64,000 nucleotides of DNA. Source: a virus. The stretch covers positions 13,862 through 77,861 of IMG/VR virus record IMGVR_UViG_3300050821_005343; one strand, written 5' to 3'. Within the stretch, counting starts at the first letter, position 1. Every line of letters begins with the position of its first letter. Below, piece by piece: positions 45,969 to 54,803 of this stretch. A program made the position numbers and the translations under genes. The notes beneath the pieces were generated by a model. That model saw only the letters and a list, made by a program, of their open reading frames with translations. It was not told where the DNA came from and did no database searches.

Positions 45969-46394
45969 TTACGGCCCAGGCGCGGTCGGGACGATCTGCG
46001 ACGTCGACACCCAATCGGCTATTACCTGGTCAAGCGCCGGAACTGGTTTAGGATTTGGGTCTGTCACAATATCGAAGAAGTAAGTAATTGATGTGATACC
46101 AATACCTGAGATGGTGACTGGGATGCTGGTCGACGCCAGCACTAATGGCGTCAGTTGGATGCGATAAGCTACACCCAAAGCCGGATTCTGTACTACCATA
46201 ACAGCCCCAAGACTATTCGGCAGTCCGCTAGTTACTGCGGGATTAGAACCGGCGGGAGGAGTCGTGCTACTTACGCCATTCGTGACGAAGGTAAGCGGCG
46301 GCGAGGTCCAGACTTTGTCGTTGAATATTACAAGATTTGCCATGAGGATCTCTCCGCTTATAGGATTGCCGGAAACCGAGGACTGAGAAGGCAT
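45969..46394 (-). CDS. virion-associated hypothetical protein
   Basis: S/T/P/V-rich; probable start MANLV. Confidence 0.55.
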   Translation of the reverse strand: MPSQSSVSGNPISGEILMANLVIFNDKVWTSPPLTFVTNGVSSTTPPAGSNPAVTSGLPNSLGAVMVVQNPALGVAYRIQLTPLVLASTSIPVTISGIGITSITYFFDIVTDPNPKPVPALDQVIADWVSTSQIVPTAPGP

Positions 46395-46400
46395 TACGCG

Positions 46401-46814
46401 CTACGGGCTGGTAATAGTTCCCGAGGTGACGCTGACCGGAATGCCGGTCGAAAACGTCGTTGTGGTTACAATGATGCTCGTCGCGCTGGTGCCGACCGTG
46501 AGTCCGCTAACGACGGTATTGCCGGCGCTGTCACGCAATTCAGCCAGAGCCGCCGTGCCGTTGGCGGCTGGAGTTGCTGAGAGCGGTGTGCCCTGCAGCG
46601 TCGCCACTTTTGAAGCAACCGTGAAGGGGGGCGTGGAAGTCAGCGTGACGGTAGCCAGCACGCCCGTAGCGCCGGAAAGCCCAGAGGTGCCGATGACGAG
46701 CAAGCCACCTCCAGCAGTCTGACCATTGACCGAGACGCCCGCCGCAGTGCCGGTGGCGTTATAGGTTTGAGTAAGCCGGGCATTGGCCGCGGCGGTAGAA
46801 TAGGCGATAGCCAT
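46401..46814 (-). CDS. head fibre / decoration structural protein
   Basis: YSTAAANARL..LATVTL..GTAALAELRDSAG..LTVGTS..VSVTSGTIT. Confidence 0.65.
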   Translation of the reverse strand: MAIAYSTAAANARLTQTYNATGTAAGVSVNGQTAGGGLLVIGTSGLSGATGVLATVTLTSTPPFTVASKVATLQGTPLSATPAANGTAALAELRDSAGNTVVSGLTVGTSATSIIVTTTTFSTGIPVSVTSGTITSP

Positions 46815-46818
46815 GACC

Positions 46819-47127
46819 TTAGCCCTCTATGGGTTGTTTTGGAGGACGCCCACGACGAGGCGCTATAGTGACGGCCTCGTCTGGGTCCGCGTGAAGAACG
46901 GCCGGAATGTCAACCGGCTGGACACGCTGCGGCTTCACCACCGGATCTCGTTCCGTAATCTTGAGATCCGGCCGGATGGCGCGCTTTAAGATGGAAACCA
47001 CATGCTCTGCGAGCTTCACGCCCACGCGGGTCTCGCCGGGGTCGATGCTGATGGGCTTAAGATTGCTAATCCCATCATAGAATGTGCGCCGACTGGCGGT
47101 CGGGTTGTGAATATCGCAGAGGATCAT
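46819..47127 (-). CDS. capsid-adjacent small protein (paralogue of the N-domain of 24303..27395)
   Basis: IHNPTASRRTFYD..IDPGETRVGVKL; C-terminal AT-hook-like RRGRPPK. Confidence 0.7.
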   Translation of the reverse strand: MILCDIHNPTASRRTFYDGISNLKPISIDPGETRVGVKLAEHVVSILKRAIRPDLKITERDPVVKPQRVQPVDIPAVLHADPDEAVTIAPRRGRPPKQPIEG

Positions 47128-47135
47128 GTGTTTGC

Positions 47136-48122
47136 TCAGCTAATGCCGTCGAGATACAGACAGGCATTGGGGCGACGGAACTCGACCGAACCGACGCGGA
47201 GATAGCCCGGAATATCAAAAGTCATCGGTCCGGTCTGCCAAACGGGCAGGAAGCGGAAGGGCGCCGGAACGTGCATCCTGACGATGCCGCGATCGTTGCG
47301 GTAGACAACGCCACGCCCGCCGCCGCTAGCCGAAGCGGTGTCGAGGTTAAGCGTCTGCCGAATCGTCAGCGGACGGTTGAACGTCATGGTGTAGAAGTTG
47401 TGCTTCTGCAAATATTCCAAAGCAGAGATAGGAGTATTTGGGATACGGGTATTTGCCAAAGCCTGCATCGCCGCAACCGGCAGAAGCACGGTGTCGGCAT
47501 ATTCAACAGTCTGCGAGTTAACCTGAATCTGGGTCAACGCATTCTGCACGTCCGCGACAATCTGGTCCGCAGTCTTGGCAGACCAAAGCGGCGAAGAGTT
47601 CGTGCCGTTTGCCGCAGCGTTCATGATCGGAACGCTGGTGTTGTTGAACAATCCGGTGACGCCCTTCTGGGTGTCGCCAACGCGCACCAGACGGTCGATG
47701 AACTCCTCAGAGGCGCGCCGAGCCGCTTCCGCGCGCTCTGCCGTGAGGTTCAGGCCGGGGATCATCATCGCCTGGCCGATTTCCTCGAGCGTGTAGCGGT
47801 AGCCAATGCCGGCCATCTCGACGCCCTGTTCGCGCTGGAAGCGATTGATATCGGCCATCGGAATGTTAGCCGACATGCCCGAAATCCAGCCGGCTTCACC
47901 AACACGGTCTAGACCATAGTAAGTGATGCTTTTCGCCCACTCACCGGCCGAGGTGTCGATGCTAATAATCTGCGGATACATGATTTCCGGATAGAGAACC
48001 CGGAAGACTTCAGCCTCGATATACGTGACTTCGGACTGTAGGAAAGAAAGCGCTTGCTGATTGTCTTTGACATAGAAACTGTCAGACAGGGCGGTGCCGC
48101 CGCCGTCGCGGAAACTATACAT
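47136..48122 (-). CDS. major capsid protein (DUF2184 / HK97 fold)
   Basis: AGGAG RBS; start MYSFRD; FLQSEVTYIE..GYRYTLEEI..GLFN..DTVLLP..G.VEFRRP. Confidence 0.9.
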   Translation of the reverse strand: MYSFRDGGGTALSDSFYVKDNQQALSFLQSEVTYIEAEVFRVLYPEIMYPQIISIDTSAGEWAKSITYYGLDRVGEAGWISGMSANIPMADINRFQREQGVEMAGIGYRYTLEEIGQAMMIPGLNLTAERAEAARRASEEFIDRLVRVGDTQKGVTGLFNNTSVPIMNAAANGTNSSPLWSAKTADQIVADVQNALTQIQVNSQTVEYADTVLLPVAAMQALANTRIPNTPISALEYLQKHNFYTMTFNRPLTIRQTLNLDTASASGGGRGVVYRNDRGIVRMHVPAPFRFLPVWQTGPMTFDIPGYLRVGSVEFRRPNACLYLDGIS

Positions 48123-48257
48123 TTTGTATTTCTCCTGGCCCGCGGCTCTTAGGCGCAGGGCTGAAATGTGAATGGGGGTTTGTGATGCAAAAACTTGCGT
48201 ATGACGCAACGTCTTACGCAAGCCTGTAGGTTTAGTTGCGTGGGCGCGAGCTTAGGT

Positions 48258-48785
48258 TCAGCTCATGATGCCGAGGCGAAGGGTGGCGAGGCCGGCGGAA
48301 GTTGTAAGTTCGCCAGCGGGGCGCGGCAGATGGGTCTCCCAACGCGAGCCTGCAATGGCGACGGCATTGGAGATGCCAGAGTTGCCAAGCGCGCCAGTGA
48401 CCGAGTTGAAATAGCCCTGCGTGCCGATAGCAACGGCAGTGGCCGGAGCAACCCAGACGTCGCCGAAGGTCAGAACGGAGCAGTTGTCGCCGTCGCCGTA
48501 CTTGTCCGTGAATTGGCCAGCAACGATGCCGGCAAGGTTCGGGAGGGTCGGGTCGGCCAGTGTAATGCCGACAAACACGCTGCCGGAAGTCTCGCCAACG
48601 GCAACCGACTTATCGCCATGCGTGCCGCCTTGGCACACTGCGATACCGAAGCCGATGCCTGTGCCGGCCACATCGTCAGCGATGCGGGCGTCAACGTTAA
48701 AATTGGCCATCGTGGCAACCGTGCCAAGCTGGGCGACCGGCTCGTACTGGATGTACGTGGTCTGAAGGGGAGCGGGAGTGATCAT
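48258..48785 (-). CDS. head decoration / cement protein
   Basis: IGFGIAV..FVGIT..Y..GD..SVLTFGDVWV; between scaffold and capsid genes. Confidence 0.8.
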   Translation of the reverse strand: MITPAPLQTTYIQYEPVAQLGTVATMANFNVDARIADDVAGTGIGFGIAVCQGGTHGDKSVAVGETSGSVFVGITLADPTLPNLAGIVAGQFTDKYGDGDNCSVLTFGDVWVAPATAVAIGTQGYFNSVTGALGNSGISNAVAIAGSRWETHLPRPAGELTTSAGLATLRLGIMS

Positions 48786-48887
48786 TTTTGGAATTTCCTA
48801 AGAAGTTGAGCGCAATGAACCAACCCGCGCCGCGAGGCGCAGGGCTTGGCCTGCGTGAAGGTGGGAAGGGTGCGGCTGTTGGCGCCT

Positions 48888-50177
48888 TTAGGCGATCTTG
48901 CGACCGTCCGCGTCGTAGGACTTCGGGAACCGCATGCGGTCGACCATCAGGGCATGAGCCTCGTCCCGAAGGCGGACGCCTTCGCTGCGAGCATCGCCGA
49001 CGACAGTGGTGCTGCGCGTATGGCTGCCAAGAGCATCGGCAAGCCGGCTTGTGCCGCCGTTGGCCGCAGCCGCCGTCAGAGCAACGAACGCGCCGGCCAC
49101 AGCCGCTTCGTTCATGTCCTTGACCGTTGCATCGCCGAGCTTGGCTGCAACTGCGGCGAGCTTGATTTCGGCAACCGACTTCCCGTCAAAAGGGAACTTG
49201 GCGTCGAGCACCTTGCGGGCGGCATCCTTGACCGTCTCGCGGTCGCGCAGCATGGCGTCGAGCGCTGCAGGAGTCACAGCGGCGTCAGCGAGTTGCTTCT
49301 TGAGGACCGCGATTTCGCCGGCAGCGGCGTCGAACTTAGCCTTGGCGTCGTCGCAATCGGCCTTGTTCGCCTTATCCTTCTTGTCCATATCGTCTTCGTC
49401 GTCCTTCGCCTTTTTCTCGGCGTCCTTGAGTTTCGCCTTGATCGAGGAGAATGCGGTATTCATGTTGCTTGCCGACAGCTCGTCGGCGAACTCGACGGTC
49501 ACGCCGTCAAAAGCTGCAGTGATGGGCATTTTATATTTCCTGGTTGTTGAGAGAATGACGGGCTTGCCGTCGGTTTGGGATGATTTAGAATCACCGGGAA
49601 GAACGTCTGCGAGTCCGGGAAAGACAGCGTCGACGTTTTTAAGTTCATCGCCAAAGCGCAGCTTTTCGCCGCCTCTGGCCTGCGGTACGAAAGCCAAATG
49701 GTTGGCTCGGATCTTGCGCTGAACGCCGTCGTAAGCTTCGCCCTTGGGCGTAACGCCAGCCGTCCAATCGATGTCAGTGGTATAGCCCATCGACAATTCG
49801 CAGGCATCGCCGCTATCGTAGGCGTCTATTGTTGCCTGATCCATCAGCGTGATTGGAACGGAAACATAGTCTCCGTCGCGCACGATCGGGTCTGTGGTCT
49901 GCCCTTTGGCGTATTTCTTCCAGTTCTTACTGTCGACCATAACGGGCGGGTGGGTCAGCGTTACTGGCCGGTGCGCCATAGAATGCATGGCGTCAACGTG
50001 AAAGACCTCTTCGGCCGGACGATAGAGCGTGACCTTAGCCTTGTCGGGCTGGCCGACCTCGCAGCCCTGGTAGACTTGGACTCCCGTGCGCGCGACTTTA
50101 GCGTGGGCCGCCAGATAGCCGCTTTCTGATCTGTGGACGCCGTCGAGGACGAAGGCGTCGTGGAGTTGTGTTGACAT
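48888..50177 (-). CDS. prohead protease/scaffold (DUF2213)
   Basis: GYL..ARTGVQ.Y..YRPAEEVF..PVTLTHP..ELSMGY..QRKIRANHLA.V..ARGG, then coiled coil. Confidence 0.9.
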   Translation of the reverse strand: MSTQLHDAFVLDGVHRSESGYLAAHAKVARTGVQVYQGCEVGQPDKAKVTLYRPAEEVFHVDAMHSMAHRPVTLTHPPVMVDSKNWKKYAKGQTTDPIVRDGDYVSVPITLMDQATIDAYDSGDACELSMGYTTDIDWTAGVTPKGEAYDGVQRKIRANHLAFVPQARGGEKLRFGDELKNVDAVFPGLADVLPGDSKSSQTDGKPVILSTTRKYKMPITAAFDGVTVEFADELSASNMNTAFSSIKAKLKDAEKKAKDDEDDMDKKDKANKADCDDAKAKFDAAAGEIAVLKKQLADAAVTPAALDAMLRDRETVKDAARKVLDAKFPFDGKSVAEIKLAAVAAKLGDATVKDMNEAAVAGAFVALTAAAANGGTSRLADALGSHTRSTTVVGDARSEGVRLRDEAHALMVDRMRFPKSYDADGRKIA

Positions 50178-50230
50178 CGCCCTGCTTTCAAGATATAGCG
50201 TGGTATGCAATTTTTAGGAGGAAAAAAAGA

Positions 50231-50464
50231 ATGAAGGGCACAATATGCGTCAAATGCCAACATCATGAGTATCTGACAGTGGTCGGCTGGTATTTGTGCA
50301 AAGCGCCGCAGATTCTATCTGATCTTGAGATGGACTGGGTTGAAGGAATCGCATATCCCAGACGTGGTCAATTATGCAAGGATATCAACAAGGACGGGAA
50401 CTGCCCTTATTTTGCAGACATCGGAGCGGGGCCGCGTCAGGCGGATGCGGCGCCCGCGCCGTGA
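50231..50464 (+). CDS. small Cys-rich moron protein
   Basis: AGGAGG RBS; CVKC..C..C...NKDGNCPYF. Confidence 0.7.
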   Translation: MKGTICVKCQHHEYLTVVGWYLCKAPQILSDLEMDWVEGIAYPRRGQLCKDINKDGNCPYFADIGAGPRQADAAPAP

Positions 50465-50494
50465 CTGCCGCCTCAGACCTTAGGATGGTGTAAA

Positions 50495-50692
50495 ATGGGC
50501 ACGACAGTTTGGGCGGTTTGGGTCAAATACGAAGAGAAAGAAGGCTGGCTTTTAATGAACGTCTTCCTCTATGAGGGCCTTGCTGAGGATTACATCCGGC
50601 GGGTTTCACTCAAAGAGTCGACTAAATACCAGATCACGACTACCGACCTTATTCGACCACTGGTTTCGGTTTCTTATTCCGCGGCGGATTAG
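50495..50692 (+). CDS. small moron protein
   Basis: 65 aa, co-oriented with 50231. Confidence 0.55.
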   Translation: MGTTVWAVWVKYEEKEGWLLMNVFLYEGLAEDYIRRVSLKESTKYQITTTDLIRPLVSVSYSAAD

Positions 50693-50819
50693 GTTCCTGC
50701 GGCACATGGAAGTTATAAAGAAACGCCGCCTCTTCCTCCGCCGACTTCAATTCTATCTTTAGTTTCCCCAGTTCTTCTCGCTGACGCTTGATGATCCTGG
50801 CTTGCGTGGAGTAGCTCAT
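50649..50819 (-). CDS. 56-aa coiled-coil protein
   Basis: Manual translation MSYSTQARIIKRQREELGKLKIELKSAEEE..; GGGGAGG RBS. Confidence 0.5.
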   Translation of the reverse strand: MSYSTQARIIKRQREELGKLKIELKSAEEEAAFLYNFHVPQEPNPPRNKKPKPVVE

Positions 50820-50847
50820 GCCCTCCCCCGGAATTATTACTTTTGGT

Positions 50848-52476
50848 TCAGTACCCGCAGGGCTTGGTGACGAGACCAGAGTTCTCGGTGATGCTCACGC
50901 CGTTCCAATGCAGATAGACGATCCCCTTGAGCCAAGTCGGATAATCCGGGTTGGGCGCGCATGTTATGGACGGAAGCTGATAGCCCTTACCGGATGTCCC
51001 GCTGGCAGTTGGGACAAGATCGCTGATGACGCTAGGTGCCGTCAGCGTGCCCGTCGTCGCTCTCCAGCCCATGCACTGCGTAGTGTTCTCAAAACCGGAG
51101 CAATTGGGAACCCCTTGCCGATTCGCCAACAAATCTGCCGTGTTCGTGTAGAGCGGATTCGCATAGGTGTTCGTCCCCAATTCGCCTGACGTTGCAGGCG
51201 TGAATGCCGCCGCGCTGAATGGTTCGGAACCGCTATTGCAAACGGCATTACCGGGGCAGATAGTGGCTGCTCCAGAGAAGAAATTCCCGCTATTCGTCAG
51301 AGTGGCGTTCTGCTGAGCAACCTCGAAAGCATACACCACATGGCCCCCAGATGATGTAGCAAGGGGTTGGTAGGCGAGGTTGTTCTGTATCGTTATGTGC
51401 CACAACATCGGGTTGGTTGTCGAATTCAGGTTGATCTCTGCGTCTGAATTGTCTGAGCCGGTGTTCATGTCATTCTTGAAGCACGTATTGTTATAGAGTT
51501 TGATCGTTGGCGTGCTAGTGGAATTTGTTTGCTCGAAGACTTGGATGCAGTTTCTGTCGGCTGAGTATCCAATGTTGTTCGAATAGACCCCTTGAGAGCT
51601 AACATTATGCCTGTCCCATGTATCGGCCATATAGTCTTCTGTGTCCGAATTGCTTCGGCAGCCGACGTTGGCATTGGCATACGAGAAATTGCCGTTGATG
51701 AAGAAGTGGGTGCCAGGGAGAGTGTCAAAGACCCCCGGCCCGACCACGTCGATCGCGGCCAGACAGATCGGGTCTTGCGCCGAGTTCCGAGCGATCATGC
51801 CGACTACGGCGAAGTAGTCCACTCCGACTGCGCCGGTTTGCCCGTTGTCATCAGTATCGGCGGCTTGGAGACTGTCGGCCGAAATGTCGTTGATGAACGC
51901 AATATGGTGGAGAATCACGCCATTGGCGTTCGATTCATAGCACCGGCCTTTAGGCACTCCACCCGCGCCAGCGGCTAGGCTAGGGTTGCAGTAGAAACCC
52001 TCCATCGCCCAGTTTGATGAATTTATAAAGACCGCGTCCGTGATGCCATTAACTGGAAGCTTGGTCGTGAGCTGGCAGTCCCCGACACTAGCGCCACCGC
52101 AAAGAACGACCGCGAAATAGATGCCGCCTTTCCCGTCGATTCCGCCCATGGTCGAAGGGCAGTTGGAGACAACGCCGCTTGGACCTTGCTGCGGGTAGCT
52201 CCCCGCCGCAGCTATGACCACATCGCCACAGTTGACGTTGTGATTTGTCGCCACCAACCAAGGGCCATGGCCGCCACCAGTCGTCGGCGCAAGTCCGTCG
52301 TTGTTGTCGTTTCCCGTCGGAGAGGCGAAATAGGTGTGCAATGCGGTAAATGGGACACTCGCCGTACCGGCGGGCGGGCTGCCCGAAGACACCGTCAGCG
52401 TAACGCCTAGTTGCGCAGCCGTGGCCACGCTGGCAACCAAGATGCTGACCAGCGTAATAATTATTCTAGTAAACAT
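50848..52476 (-). CDS. Sec-exported Cys-rich parallel beta-helix protein
   Basis: Signal MFTRIIITLVSILVASVATA; YFASPTGNDNNDG..GPW..GDVVIAAAGSY; Asn-ladder repeats. Confidence 0.75.
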   Translation of the reverse strand: MFTRIIITLVSILVASVATAAQLGVTLTVSSGSPPAGTASVPFTALHTYFASPTGNDNNDGLAPTTGGGHGPWLVATNHNVNCGDVVIAAAGSYPQQGPSGVVSNCPSTMGGIDGKGGIYFAVVLCGGASVGDCQLTTKLPVNGITDAVFINSSNWAMEGFYCNPSLAAGAGGVPKGRCYESNANGVILHHIAFINDISADSLQAADTDDNGQTGAVGVDYFAVVGMIARNSAQDPICLAAIDVVGPGVFDTLPGTHFFINGNFSYANANVGCRSNSDTEDYMADTWDRHNVSSQGVYSNNIGYSADRNCIQVFEQTNSTSTPTIKLYNNTCFKNDMNTGSDNSDAEINLNSTTNPMLWHITIQNNLAYQPLATSSGGHVVYAFEVAQQNATLTNSGNFFSGAATICPGNAVCNSGSEPFSAAAFTPATSGELGTNTYANPLYTNTADLLANRQGVPNCSGFENTTQCMGWRATTGTLTAPSVISDLVPTASGTSGKGYQLPSITCAPNPDYPTWLKGIVYLHWNGVSITENSGLVTKPCGY

Positions 52477-52477
52477 A

Positions 52478-52804
52478 TTACGGCGTTGCGGTGATCGATA
52501 CCGCATAGGTTCCAACGGCAAGAGCCGTTGCGCCTACATTCAGAGCGGAGCCAGATAGAGCGAACGCCGACGCATTCGCACCTGATAGGGCAAGCGCTCC
52601 AGACCAGCCGGTGGGCGTCACAGAAATATTGCAGATATTAGTTCCAGCGGCGAGGGGTCCAGTAAGCGTGTATGTCGTTGATGCACCGCACGTAACCGTT
52701 GTAGATGGGGCGCTGTTGATTATGATCGAGAGCGAGGTTGTGGTCGCTTGGGCGGGAACCGCCGCAAAGGCTAGAAATGCTACGCTAGCAAGAAATTTCT
52801 TCAT
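52478..52804 (-). CDS. small Sec-exported two-Cys Ig-like subunit (paralogue of 21429..21821)
   Basis: Signal MKKFLASVAFLAFAAVPAQA; PSTTVTC..AGTNICNISVTPTGW; ends ATP. Confidence 0.8.
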   Translation of the reverse strand: MKKFLASVAFLAFAAVPAQATTTSLSIIINSAPSTTVTCGASTTYTLTGPLAAGTNICNISVTPTGWSGALALSGANASAFALSGSALNVGATALAVGTYAVSITATP

Positions 52805-52814
52805 GTGTGAATGC

Positions 52815-54506
52815 CTAAAGATTAGAGACGCCCTTGCCGGCGCCCGACGGTACGTAAACGCAACGACACCTGGGATGTGCAGGAATCAGATCCATAGCCT
52901 CGTCAATGGGATATGGCCCATTATCGCTGATCGCCTGGCACTTAGCGCAAACCTTGTCATCGCCAGCGGTCTGGACGTTGATTTCTTCTTCGCCGATGCC
53001 GGCGATGGTTCTCAGCGCCCTGCGATGCGCAATGCTGCGATTATAGACTTTCGGCGCTTTGCCGAACTTGCCAGACGGGCGGCGTCCCCATTCGCGGGTC
53101 GCTTCGGTCTTGGTTATAAAGCGTCCATGTACCGGGTGGCGATGCTGCGTGGTCTTGCGGGCGGCGTCATCTAGGTGTGCGTGCGGCAGTGTTTCCGCCA
53201 CGGTCCCGACATGCCTCACGCCAGCTTCTCGGAACGCCTCGAGCGTTGCACAACCGAACGCCTTGACGATCAGATAGTCAGCCATCATACGCGAGCGCGC
53301 GAGGCCGACCGTTGCGGTCAGTTGGCGTATGCCCTGCGCGGCCTTGGCGGGCCTCCAGCGCACCAAAGCAGCATGGGCAGCTATGCGTGTAGCCTGTTGA
53401 GCGTAGGCGTCACAGATGCCCTGCAACTCGCTTGTGGCGAGGACGAAGATGGTGTCTTCGGTCGCGGAGTCGGCGAGGGCGCTATCGTTCGCTCGTAGAT
53501 TAACAGGAATATCTGTTGCGTAGTTAATCCCTATCTTAGGGGCAACTATCCTCATCTTCTCACGGAAAAATGGAACACTACTGTTAGCGTATCTTCCCAT
53601 ATCTGGGTTGTTTTTATTCTTATTGAAGTAGTCAGCCCTCTCTTCATATGAGGCTTCGCCAACCTTACGCAACTTAGCGCCATTTAATCCGGACGAAACA
53701 AACTTCGGAGACATCTCCAAAACGTCCATGGTCGTCGGAGATGTTATAACCGCGTGTTTGGTTATGCCAAACTCTCTCGCTTGTTTAGCAAACGTCTCTA
53801 AATCCGCGCCGCTGAATGTCTCAGAAATTTTATCTGCGCCGCGGGAGGAGTAATTCTCTGGCAAATGCGAATGAACGCTGGTGGCCCCCTTGAGGTCAGT
53901 ATCTCCCCATTTCACTTTATCCCAAGAAACGGATTCGCCATTCCGCGTGATGAAAAAGGCTTGATGCTTTGTATTTCCGTGGGTCAGTCTATTGGGGTCG
54001 CTGGCGATGACGCCGCTGATTGTACTACCTAGCGCCGTCCATCTCCCATGGTCATCGCGCGGCTCATCCTCGGCAGCATCTGTTGTATGACCCGCTATCC
54101 GGGGAGCAGTCGGAAGGACACCACCGGCATCTTTTCGCGGGTCGAGGCCAGCGGCGCGGGAGGATGCGCGCTCGCCTGCCTCATCCAAATAGGGTTTCAT
54201 CCAATCGCCGCCAGAGACGATCAGATGTGATAGGAGTTCGTCCAACCATGATCGGAACTGGCGAGTTCGATCAGCGGCAGGGATTAGCGCCATAGCTCCG
54301 TTTGGCGAAAGGCTGAGTACGTCGGATGTCGCCACAGCATTGGACAAATAGCGGTCGAGCCGCTGCCAGCGGTCTTTTAGTTCTCGCTCGAAATCGGCGC
54401 GAAGGTCAGCGGTGCCGGTCGGGTCGCGGGAGTCAAGCTGCGGTATGTGTTCGACGTCTATGGAATCAAGCTGCGGTATGCATTCGGCATCAGCGAGGAG
54501 CGTCAT
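52815..54506 (-). CDS. MuF / SPP1 gp7-like minor head protein with an inserted JAB-like domain
   Basis: RDPTGT N-terminus; TAGDDKVCAKC..IPAHPRCRC C-terminus; insert with HSH..TFSGAD after EPRDDHGRWT. Confidence 0.82.
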   Translation of the reverse strand: MTLLADAECIPQLDSIDVEHIPQLDSRDPTGTADLRADFERELKDRWQRLDRYLSNAVATSDVLSLSPNGAMALIPAADRTRQFRSWLDELLSHLIVSGGDWMKPYLDEAGERASSRAAGLDPRKDAGGVLPTAPRIAGHTTDAAEDEPRDDHGRWTALGSTISGVIASDPNRLTHGNTKHQAFFITRNGESVSWDKVKWGDTDLKGATSVHSHLPENYSSRGADKISETFSGADLETFAKQAREFGITKHAVITSPTTMDVLEMSPKFVSSGLNGAKLRKVGEASYEERADYFNKNKNNPDMGRYANSSVPFFREKMRIVAPKIGINYATDIPVNLRANDSALADSATEDTIFVLATSELQGICDAYAQQATRIAAHAALVRWRPAKAAQGIRQLTATVGLARSRMMADYLIVKAFGCATLEAFREAGVRHVGTVAETLPHAHLDDAARKTTQHRHPVHGRFITKTEATREWGRRPSGKFGKAPKVYNRSIAHRRALRTIAGIGEEEINVQTAGDDKVCAKCQAISDNGPYPIDEAMDLIPAHPRCRCVYVPSGAGKGVSNL

Positions 54507-54552
54507 AGCGCGCTCTCATTGTAACAATTCGTGATCATATCTGTCCATTTCA

Positions 54553-54601
54553 TGCTTGATTATGACCAGATATGTGCTATTGTATGGTTATTGAAACGGA
54601 G
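54553..54601 (+). promoter_or_regulatory. repeated moron promoter/RBS, copy 3
   Basis: GCTTGATT..TGTGCTATTGT..TTGAAACGGAG. Confidence 0.65.
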
Positions 54602-54608
54602 AGAGCAA

Positions 54609-54803
54609 ATGACCAACCCGACCTACATCGCAGCCGACGCCACCCTGGTCCTGATGTTCACCATTCCCGCATGGAACGCAGACGACGCAGCGCGCATCGC
54701 GCGCCTCTACACTGCAAAGGGATTCATCACCGAGACCACAAAGGCGGTTTTCGAGGGCGTCCTGATGAACGCGGTCAACAGCTACGCAGTGGCGGGAGAA
54801 TAA
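54609..54803 (+). CDS. small moron protein
   Basis: ATG after GGAGAG; MTNPTYIAAD... Confidence 0.6.
   Translation: MTNPTYIAADATLVLMFTIPAWNADDAARIARLYTAKGFITETTKAVFEGVLMNAVNSYAVAGE

Noticed and set aside
47082-49722. Long plus-strand ORFs (47082..47912, 48195..48809, 48846..49550, 49006..49722)
   Set aside because: Antisense shadows of the GC-rich capsid and scaffold genes, with no RBS or recognisable motifs.
54430-54485. Duplicated IPQLDS at the MuF N-terminus as an insertion scar
   Set aside because: A simple 33-bp-period in-frame tandem duplication that does not flank the adjacent cassette.
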